Below, piece after piece: positions 55,968 through 64,000 of a DNA stretch of 64,000 bases. This stretch comes from a virus. A program made the translations under genes and the position numbers. The stretch covers positions 64,001 to 128,000 of IMG/VR virus record IMGVR_UViG_3300025122_000005; one strand, 5' to 3'. Each line of letters opens with the position of its first letter. Within the stretch, counting starts at the first letter, position 1. Under the pieces are notes generated by a model that saw only the letters and a program-made list of their open reading frames with translations, was not told where the DNA came from and made no database searches.

Positions 55968-57929
55968 ATGGTAGCAATTGTAAAAGCCCATATAAAAAAT
56001 GAGAAAAATGCAAATATCAAAGTTGTAGTATTTGATAGTGTAAACGGTGCTATTTTAAGACAAAAGGTTATCGAACACGCTCCGAATAGTAAAGGGGTTG
56101 ATGTCGCAAAGGACTGGTTAACGAAGGAATACAGAGACTTTGAATTTACAACAGAGGGAATTTCCGGCACGGACGAAAGACCGCCACCTCCACCAACCAA
56201 TGAAGAGCCACCACCTTCCTTAGAGGACGGGAAAACTCTTGATGAAATATTACAACAAAGGGGAGACTTAACAAAACCGACGCCGGTAACAAAGAAGGAC
56301 GGCACAATTGTTCTAGAAGGTCATACAGTTGTAGATCGCGATATAAATCCAGACAAAATTGGTACTCCACCAACGAGTACGGAAGGCGAGATGGAGATAA
56401 CACTTGCGGAGATGGATCTTGCTCTCGCCGATGCAGAATCTCTCGCAAAGGCAAAGGCATCAAAAGAGGTGGAAGTGGAGAGCCTTCCGCAGGTTCGGTT
56501 GGAACTCCCGGAATTTAGGATTTCTCCGGATGCCACCACTGAGCAAAAGGCATCTCAACTGCGATTATATGGCGACCGTCTTGCTAGGGATTTTCTTGTA
56601 GTTGGCAGCGACTTTTCTGCTCCTCCTGCGGGGCAAGCGAATGTTCCCAACGCCCAAGAAGAGGCCAAGCGTGCCAAGTGCAAAGAAGATAAGGAAAAAG
56701 CATTAAAAGAAAACATAGAAGAAAGAATGGTGAACGTCCGAGGGAATACCTATCATCTCGGGGACAAACCTCTTCCTGCTGACGGCGATAAATGTGATCC
56801 GGTTCAGGCAAAGGTGGATGCAAATGAGCCCGTCAGGGCAGATAAAGGCACCGACGTTTCAGAAACGGTGGCAGAGGAGACACCCCACGATGAGGGAATA
56901 GAACTAAAGCCGGTTGTTCCAAAAGTAAAAAGAGCAATACAGAGGTCTGGATTAACAAAAAAAGAAAAAGAAAATTATGATAAACTACCAAAATCACTAA
57001 AGGCATCAAATCAAGGGGCTTATGGTGACCACTTGTTGGACCCTGTCCCGACATACCGGAAAGCCCCGGTGGATGTCGTGCTTAAAAACAGGTATAATTC
57101 TTGGATTGTTCTAGGAAGAGATAGGACAGATAGTTTGAAAAGCGGATTTGGAGGGAAAGGAAACACTCAGTGCGCAGCAATAGACATTGTTGCCGGTCGT
57201 ATGAGTCCGACCCCAAAGACGGTGGATAAAAAAGGAAATTTGGTCTATGTGGATCCAATTTTCAATGTTGCCTATAACCCCCATGATGAAAGTGGGAATA
57301 GGATCCCGTCGATGGACGCGGCTAGAATATATCTTAGTCAGAAAACTCTTGTTGACCAAAACTTTAAATTAAATCGCGGGTCAATTGGGAACAATGAAGA
57401 GAAGCCAAACAGGAAGGACACTAATCCAAGATCCGCCATTGCCCTTAAGGCAGACGGGATAAGAGTGATAGCAAGAGAGGGCATTAAATTGGTTACGGGA
57501 GTTGACGGATATAATTCTCAAGGTGGTCAGATGACCATTCGTCGCGGAGTAGATATAATAGCAGGAAACGGTAAATGGCCAGGGTCGGGGCTGCAACCAA
57601 TGGTTCTGGGAGATAATATGGCTGATTGTCTTTTTGACTTGGGAGTGATAGTCAGTGAGACGGTGGGGGCGGTTCAGTCTATTCTCGAAAATTTAGCCAT
57701 AACGAACGTATTGTTGAGTTCCCACGTTCATCTCTCTCCATTTTTTGGTTTACCCACAACCCCGGCACCGGGTCCAGCTTTCTTCATACCACCGCAGATA
57801 ACTAAATTGGCAAGTGTTGACACATTTTCTAACGGTGCTGGGAAGTGGGATATTACACGATGGCGTCAAAATTATTTACGTCCCAATGGAGCAAAGCGCA
57901 TAAAGAGTAAGTGGAATAATGTTAATTAA
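55968..57929 (+). CDS. Probable baseplate hub/spike (gp5-like) protein
   Basis: SWIVLGRDR, AIDIVAGR, AARIYLSQKT, AIALKADGIRVIAREGIKLVTG beta-strand repeats. Confidence 0.5.
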   Translation: MVAIVKAHIKNEKNANIKVVVFDSVNGAILRQKVIEHAPNSKGVDVAKDWLTKEYRDFEFTTEGISGTDERPPPPPTNEEPPPSLEDGKTLDEILQQRGDLTKPTPVTKKDGTIVLEGHTVVDRDINPDKIGTPPTSTEGEMEITLAEMDLALADAESLAKAKASKEVEVESLPQVRLELPEFRISPDATTEQKASQLRLYGDRLARDFLVVGSDFSAPPAGQANVPNAQEEAKRAKCKEDKEKALKENIEERMVNVRGNTYHLGDKPLPADGDKCDPVQAKVDANEPVRADKGTDVSETVAEETPHDEGIELKPVVPKVKRAIQRSGLTKKEKENYDKLPKSLKASNQGAYGDHLLDPVPTYRKAPVDVVLKNRYNSWIVLGRDRTDSLKSGFGGKGNTQCAAIDIVAGRMSPTPKTVDKKGNLVYVDPIFNVAYNPHDESGNRIPSMDAARIYLSQKTLVDQNFKLNRGSIGNNEEKPNRKDTNPRSAIALKADGIRVIAREGIKLVTGVDGYNSQGGQMTIRRGVDIIAGNGKWPGSGLQPMVLGDNMADCLFDLGVIVSETVGAVQSILENLAITNVLLSSHVHLSPFFGLPTTPAPGPAFFIPPQITKLASVDTFSNGAGKWDITRWRQNYLRPNGAKRIKSKWNNVN

Positions 57930-57947
57930 TTTTTGGAAGATAAAAAT

Positions 57948-60900
57948 ATGAGTTATACAAGACAAGAGCAAGAAGCAAATTTTGTAAGACAATTTAGCTT
58001 ATTGGGAAGAGAAGGGTTTATGTTGGAAGACGGTATTCCGTCCGAAGAGCAAAGACTTACTCACTTCTCCCATCAGCAATTTGATGACGACCGGAATTAT
58101 CCTTTACAGAGACACGATTATGTTGACATCTTGCCAGAAAACCCAGCATTTCCAGGCGCAGATGGTCTTCGCTTAGTGTTGGAAACGGAATTTGTGTATT
58201 CTCCCGACCCTATTATCAATCAGGTGACCGGTCAAGTGCGTCGTCAACCCCCGATTGTTGTTAAAAGTTATTCCACTAGTAACGTTTATGGTGGAGTTAA
58301 TTCTTCAACCAATGAGACCCGGGCATTCCACGATTCTCTTAACACAGTGGAAAGAGAGATTCATTCTGACCCTCCAACGGGATATATTGAAGCTGCAGTT
58401 GCAGAAAGAGAAGAGGAGCAGAGACCTGCGACTCCGGATCTTGAAGTTGACTTAGGGTCTGAAATACGACAACGCTTAGGAGAAGCAGATGTCCTTCTGG
58501 TTGATTTGACCTCATTAAGAGAAAACATAATAAGGACCACCCCGGGCGTAGACGCCCGTCGAGATAGAGAAGCCGAAGCGATTAGAGATAGATATGGTGT
58601 AGAGATTTTAAGCGTTACACTGGGGAACCCCCAAAGACCAGAGACAATAATACAATATAGTTTCCAAGACGCTCGGGCTCTTGCCCCCGCCCGTGCTGCC
58701 ATCACCGGATTAATATCGGAGGAAATAACGGATAGGTGGACGAACATCACCGAGATATTTAATTCTGGAGAAGGCATCCCGGAAGCAAACTACGTAGAAG
58801 AATACGATGAGGTAGATTACAGGGCACCAGAAGGCAGCACAGGTGGCACGCAACCAGGAGAATTGGTGAGGTGGCCACAAGAAGCAGAAATTGAAAGGCT
58901 GATTCACTATTACAACGAGTCACAGGCTGATTTAGACGGAGGACAAACAGCTCGTCAAATTAGTCCCGAGTATGCTGCTTACGGAATATCCATGATAACC
59001 ATTAGGCGATCTCCGATAAGTGAGGCGTGGGATCATGTTGAATCAATTAATGTCGTATATGAAGAACCGAATCGATATACCGGCTCTCAGCAAACATCCA
59101 AGACTTTCATACCAGAAAATAGAATCAGAATTCCTTCGCGAGCTACGAGTCAGGCTCATAGAAACGATGTAGTGATGGCTAGGTTGGAAGAAGAGTTAAT
59201 AGAAATTGATGTATTGATTATTGAACTCGACGAGTTATCTATGGCAGATGACCCTCTTGAAGCCGGAATATTGAAGAAGGTTCGTGAGATCATTGGAAAA
59301 CTGGACAACATTGTATCTAGGGCGAATAGAGAACCCGACGGTGAGGCACGCGCCAGCATAATTTCCAAAGTGGAAGAACAGCGTGAACTAGTCGAACCAC
59401 ATAAAATTTTAGGAGAGCAACTACAAGCTCAACTTCAAGAACTTTATGACGAATCAGACAAAGAGATACAAGAAATATTAGGCAAGAAGCAGTCAATATT
59501 GGCAACAAAAAGATTCATCATTGTTGATTCTAAACAGAGAAGTCTAGAATTTAAACTGCCGATTAAAAAGAACGATAAAAGTATTCAAGTTTTAGTTATC
59601 AAAAAATTCTTGGGATTACCGTTTTCATCCGGCGACATCTTCGATGAGGAAACAAAGAAGAGATTACAGAAGTGGCAACAGGACAACAGCAAGGATATTC
59701 TGGGACTAGAACCAGGCGAGGGTGAATATACTACGGATTTTCATGACCCGCACTTTGTTGAGTCACCGTTGTGGATCACTCAACGCGGGAGAGTAGACAC
59801 TTTATCCTATATTATTATGAAGAGGCAGGGGCTAGCATCTGCGGTTGCAGAGGTTTTAGATGAACTAGGGGACATTCAAGGGTCGATTAGGGGAACAGCC
59901 GCTGACCCTCTAGCAATATTGGGAGAGCGAGAGCCCGGAGACGTTAAGTCTGATCCGTGGGAGGATCCTGATTACTATTACTGTACATGGTTCTCTAACG
60001 CAACCAGAAGAGATATCAATTCCACTCGTGAAGGATCTTACGAGAACTTCTTAAGAAAGCAGTCCGAGATTGCTTTGCGAGAAGGGACAGAGAAGATCTT
60101 TGACCATTATGGGAAATACACTTCTTGGGTAGTGAAGGGGAGCAAGTCGTCTCACAATGTTTATGCGCCTGTGTTATATTACCAGAATAGAATAGAAACA
60201 ACGGCTATTCCGAAAGACAAAGAATATACGTTAACGATAAAGCAACAACCGTTGGCTGTAAACGTGGCTTTGGCGGGTCAAGACACACCTGTAGACGTTT
60301 TATTTGGTCAGGATTTGAAAGAAGGCGCATGGACTATATTTGCCTCTATCCACAAAATTCATAGCCCAACTAGGAGACCAAATTCAAAATTTAAGTTTAC
60401 AATAAGAGTCAACAAGAAGATGCTAGACCAAGTTACTTATCCTCCTGGGCCAACTCAAGCTATGACTCTTGGGGCACTAATTGGGGAAATAAGAGAAACT
60501 GGTAAGCGGATTATTGAAGCGGTTTCTGCAGCTGATGAAATGGCTGAAGAGCTAGCTTCGGCCGCCCACGATAGAGCAAACGACGCCATCGATGCAGTTA
60601 ATAACGCAGGAAAGGCAGTAACAGAGGGCATTGATTGGGTGTCAGAAAACAAAACCGAAGCAGTAAAGAAGGGCGTCGGAGCAGCTTTCGGGATGGCAAA
60701 AAAGTACGCTCGCGACGCAGAGGCGGAAGCTCTCAAGCAATTGAGTGGATTCGGAGACAGAGTCAGTAGGAAGCAGGAAAGAGCATTTCAGGCAGCATTG
60801 GCATCGATGGATATAAGAAGGGAAAGCCTTCCATCGACGGTCACATATGAACCAAGGTATATGGAAGACAAAATTGAGAAAATAAGAGATCTGTTTTTGA

Positions 60901-63900
60901 AATATAGCGCGGACCTTTGGACGTGGAGGATTAAAGGCGGCCGCATGCGCCCTCAAATTGATTTTAAGAAGGAAGCCGATAATCTTAAGGAGGCTTTCAC
61001 TGCCCTTAAAACAATCCTAAGAGCTAACGGATACTCCAACCCAAAGATGGGTGACGAGATAGAGATTACTTTTGAAGAGGTATTGATGGAGAGAAAGGTC
61101 TCTAAAAAACCGCTTAAGACGGTTGAGGATCGTGCCGGTGTAGTTCCTGTCATGATCACATATAAGAAGCCTGGAGAATTTGAAGTGCAAAAGATTCTTC
61201 AGCGAGCCACAAAAAATATGCACAAGAAACATCCGTGGAATAATCCACGAACAATGAATTATTTGATGAATTTGGACGATTTATATAAGGCGGCAATTGA
61301 GGACGCAAGAATATGTTTAGAGGATTTTGAAGAGCTTCTGGGAGCACCGAGAGAGAATATGTTTGAGGTTATCCAACAATTCACAACTCCGTATGTAATA
61401 ATACTGAAGGCTAATGCAAAATCGCAAATTAATTTACCATCGGAGGCAAAATTTTTTGGACCCATAAAGAGATGGCAAGACAAGGCAAACGAAGACTGGA
61501 ATTTAGACGGCAAGAATCCAAAATCAACACTATTCAGGGACGGGATGATAAGGTTCGAAAAGGGAAAGACATATAGTATTATTGATCCGATCCCGAAAGA
61601 AGACCTTTGTACCTTAGAAGAGCTTTATCAGGAGTTTCTAGATAAGTTTGATTTCGCGGCATTATTTTGTAGTTATGCGTCTTGTATACCAGCAATCCCG
61701 TGGCCGATAAAGTTTGACTGGGATTTTGATTGGAAAATGCCACCAATGCCGAAAATGCCCCGTTGGGATCCGTTAAGGATACTCATTCCAATGATTGAAG
61801 CAGCATTATTAGAAATGTTAATCGCATTTTTGTGCGGCTTGGTAAGAGGAATATTGGACCTTATTAAATTCCCCAGTTGTTCAGACTTGTTGGACTACGG
61901 TGCCTCTTTGTGGGACGATGCATGGGGGAAGAAAGAAGGCACAGATAAGAAATTGCTAGTGATGAAGGACGCCGCCAACGCACTGGATGAAATGGACCTT
62001 CCAGTCGAATCTTATTCGGACCTTGCGGATTTATTTGATACTCTCGCAAAGGCTCTTACGCCACCGGAAATGTGCTCTTTGTTGGAAGGAGAGGCAGATA
62101 TAGAGACATTAATAATAGTAAAAGAATTGATGGAAAAGCATTATTCAGGACTAAGTGAGCACCTAAAGAATGAATCTTTAATTGCAGAGTTTTTTGGATT
62201 GTTGGGTCGGTTTATAGATCCGGAATTATGCGCAAAGCTTTCAAACTCTGCTAACGTTGTCGTCGGTGATCTTTGTCCTGACATCGAATCCCCTACGTTG
62301 AGGGACCAATTGTTATCTCAAAACGCCACTCCGGAAGAAGTTTCTCGTGCCATTGTCGATTCGGAGAAGCGTCGCGCCGCCTTAAAGGAATTGATGGAGA
62401 ATAATCCTTTGGACTCTCTTCTCGAAAAAATGAACCTTCCAGGACCATATGATACGGATAGCTCAAATAAGATGGCAAGTTTAGCAATAGAGTCTGTTGT
62501 ACGCAATATAGCGATTGTTTTTAAAAATGATTTATCATTTTTTGTTCCTTCTTTGTTTGAAATGGAAACGTCCCAGAAGGTTCCCGGCGACCCTGGATAT
62601 AATCCTGTCGAGGGAGGACGGTACCAGTTTGTAACAAACCACATTAAGTCGACACTTCCTAGAGTCCAGAGTGTAACAAAAATCAGAGAAGCTGTCGCGG
62701 CTTTGTCGACGGCAGGCGCATCCGGAGTCAGGAACCTTAGTACCCTTGTCAATTCTCTGAGTGATTACAACGACACTGTTGGTTTAGACCTCGTGAACCC
62801 GGACACTGGAGCCCGAGAAAACCTATATCATTATGAATGGGAAACCTATGAGATCATCGGCACCACCCAGCGCATCGGCCGATTCAAAACAGCAGAGGGC
62901 GAAGCGGCTGACATAAACGACGCTAATCAACTAGGGTTTACGATTGGCAGAAAAGGCAACGGCTTTGCAATATATTGGAAAGGTGCGAACATCTTGAAAA
63001 CAGGCAGCGGGGCTTGGGCTAATGATAACGCCGGCCGCGCCGCCGCCATCGCAAAGATGGAGGAGGTAATCGCACAAGAGACTGCCGATGTGCAGCGTAT
63101 CCCCAAGCCAGGGCGAATGGATGTCACTCGCGTCGCAGGATATAAAGTGGTGACGTTTGAGCAGCTTCAAACGGGGACCGGTGCGGATAAAGAGCCAGCT
63201 TTCTTTGACTTGTCCGATCCTTCTGACAGTGCTCTTATGCAAGATATTTTAACTTTTCCCATGAGGAATCTCAAAGATGAGGTAAAGCCGTCTCCTGTGT
63301 TGAGGAGCATACTAGAACAAGAGCAATTACAAGAAATACAAGAGAGATTCGTCAAGTTTGAGCTTCCATCTGAAAAAGATATGATTTATCAAGAAAATTA
63401 CTTTGAAGGTGAAGACATAAGAGATTGCTTTAGCTTGGAAAGACCAAGTAGACTATTTTTTAACTTGGGAGAACCGGAGATGCTTTGGGAGAATAAAACC
63501 TACAACGGATACCTGTCAGAAGAGACTATTAATACAAGATTGCTAGCAAGAGACATCTCCAGGCAAGAGGGCCCAAAACACTTACGTTCTGGTGCTTTTT
63601 CAGAAATGTTTTTAAGTTCTTGGTCAAATACTCTTCAAAGAGTTTATCCGAATATGGGACAAGGCGGCCGCCTCGACCTTGCAAGAAGGGTAAACGGACA
63701 CGGAAATAGTTTGTGGAATAAACTAAATGGTGGTCTTGGAAAATCGGTCACCCATCCGCAAGACTCTTACAGGGTGACTGCGAATATGCTACTAGACAAG
63801 GTGGGAGAAGGTATTCGAAATTCCAGATATTTTGATGTAGAGCAAATAAAAGATTTGGCAGACAGAATCTCTGCAGAATTTATACCTGTTTCTGAAGATG

Positions 63901-64000
63901 AACAAGTTGTTTGTTATGCAAGGAATAGAAATGTAATCAGTTTTAAGAAAATGAGACAAGAAATCATGGACAAGTATAAGGAGATGCTGGATCTCCCAGA
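57948..64000 (+). CDS. Very large (>2000 aa) probable virion structural protein, 3'-truncated by window
   Basis: Frame from ATG 57948 read without stop in the parts I translated (57948-60120 and the last 100 nt); its absence from the ORF track is consistent with no stop before the window end. Confidence 0.8.
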   Translation, partial: MSYTRQEQEANFVRQFSLLGREGFMLEDGIPSEEQRLTHFSHQQFDDDRNYPLQRHDYVDILPENPAFPGADGLRLVLETEFVYSPDPIINQVTGQVRRQPPIVVKSYSTSNVYGGVNSSTNETRAFHDSLNTVEREIHSDPPTGYIEAAVAEREEEQRPATPDLEVDLGSEIRQRLGEADVLLVDLTSLRENIIRTTPGVDARRDREAEAIRDRYGVEILSVTLGNPQRPETIIQYSFQDARALAPARAAITGLISEEITDRWTNITEIFNSGEGIPEANYVEEYDEVDYRAPEGSTGGTQPGELVRWPQEAEIERLIHYYNESQADLDGGQTARQISPEYAAYGISMITIRRSPISEAWDHVESINVVYEEPNRYTGSQQTSKTFIPENRIRIPSRATSQAHRNDVVMARLEEELIEIDVLIIELDELSMADDPLEAGILKKVREIIGKLDNIVSRANREPDGEARASIISKVEEQRELVEPHKILGEQLQAQLQELYDESDKEIQEILGKKQSILATKRFIIVDSKQRSLEFKLPIKKNDKSIQVLVIKKFLGLPFSSGDIFDEETKKRLQKWQQDNSKDILGLEPGEGEYTTDFHDPHFVESPLWITQRGRVDTLSYIIMKRQGLASAVAEVLDELGDIQGSIRGTAADPLAILGEREPGDVKSDPWEDPDYYYCTWFSNATRRDINSTREGSYENFLRKQSEIALREGTEKIFDHYGKYTSWVVKGSKSSHNVYAPVLYYQNRIETTAIPKDKEYTLTIKQQPLAVNVALAGQDTPVDVLFGQDLKEGAWTIFASIHKIHSPTRRPNSKFKFTIRVNKKMLDQVTYPPGPTQAMTLGALIGEIRETGKRIIEAVSAADEMAEELASAAHDRANDAIDAVNNAGKAVTEGIDWVSENKTEAVKKGVGAAFGMAKKYARDAEAEALKQLSGFGDRVSRKQERAFQAALASMDIRRESLPSTVTYEPRYMEDKIEKIRDLFLKYSADLWTWRIKGGRMRPQIDFKKEADNLKEAFTALKTILRANGYSNPKMGDEIEITFEEVLMERKVSKKPLKTVEDRAGVVPVMITYKKPGEFEVQKILQRATKNMHKKHPWNNPRTMNYLMNLDDLYKAAIEDARICLEDFEELLGAPRENMFEVIQQFTTPYVIILKANAKSQINLPSEAKFFGPIKRWQDKANEDWNLDGKNPKSTLFRDGMIRFEKGKTYSIIDPIPKEDLCTLEELYQEFLDKFDFAALFCSYASCIPAIPWPIKFDWDFDWKMPPMPKMPRWDPLRILIPMIEAALLEMLIAFLCGLVRGILDLIKFPSCSDLLDYGASLWDDAWGKKEGTDKKLLVMKDAANALDEMDLPVESYSDLADLFDTLAKALTPPEMCSLLEGEADIETLIIVKELMEKHYSGLSEHLKNESLIAEFFGLLGRFIDPELCAKLSNSANVVVGDLCPDIESPTLRDQLLSQNATPEEVSRAIVDSEKRRAALKELMENNPLDSLLEKMNLPGPYDTDSSNKMASLAIESVVRNIAIVFKNDLSFFVPSLFEMETSQKVPGDPGYNPVEGGRYQFVTNHIKSTLPRVQSVTKIREAVAALSTAGASGVRNLSTLVNSLSDYNDTVGLDLVNPDTGARENLYHYEWETYEIIGTTQRIGRFKTAEGEAADINDANQLGFTIGRKGNGFAIYWKGANILKTGSGAWANDNAGRAAAIAKMEEVIAQETADVQRIPKPGRMDVTRVAGYKVVTFEQLQTGTGADKEPAFFDLSDPSDSALMQDILTFPMRNLKDEVKPSPVLRSILEQEQLQEIQERFVKFELPSEKDMIYQENYFEGEDIRDCFSLERPSRLFFNLGEPEMLWENKTYNGYLSEETINTRLLARDISRQEGPKHLRSGAFSEMFLSSWSNTLQRVYPNMGQGGRLDLARRVNGHGNSLWNKLNGGLGKSVTHPQDSYRVTANMLLDKVGEGIRNSRYFDVEQIKDLADRISAEFIPVSEDEQVVCYARNRNVISFKKMRQEIMDKYKEMLDLP

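Noticed and set aside
86-63355. Numerous minus-strand and alternate-frame ORFs in the track
   Set aside because: They are shadows of well-supported + strand genes, with no RBS or motifs; only 24915..25712 is kept
1-64000. Stop-codon reassignment as in some jumbo phages
   Set aside because: Genes tile densely under code 11, and TAA/TAG/TGA fall at natural protein ends

Overview
AT-rich, gene-dense fragment of a large tailed-phage genome (T4-like/jumbo style). Essentially every gene is on the + strand, standard code. It is not a bacterial chromosome: it carries an endolysin, fibre-like and baseplate-like proteins and a gp55-like sigma factor, and has no housekeeping operons. Layout: (1) 1-20.4 kb, probable head-associated/accessory genes, eight of which share a 14-aa N-terminal leader ending in [LIV]-x-[ED], plus purA, a Pol-beta nucleotidyltransferase, a thermonuclease, an RNase H-like protein, a small CglF/GltF-like secreted protein and a tmRNA gene with a protein-coding ORF nested inside it and duplicated 5' and 3' ends; (2) 20.4-29.5 kb, fibre-like protein, PG-binding GH25 endolysin, tilS next to a CAU tRNA (probable Ile2), ClpP, S1 protease, PIN-PhoH, PD-(D/E)XK nuclease; (3) 29.5-52.7 kb, an about 23 kb glycan island (GT4/GT2/GT9, split HldE, carbamoyltransferase, two formyltransferases, WecB, NeuA/NeuB, PIG-L deacetylase, two sulfotransferase-like genes, methyltransferase, epimerases, UDP-sugar dehydrogenase); (4) 52.7-64 kb, sigma factor, M15-peptidase and gp5-like baseplate proteins, and a >2000-aa ORF running off the window. 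All family calls come from motif recognition by eye; no database search was run.
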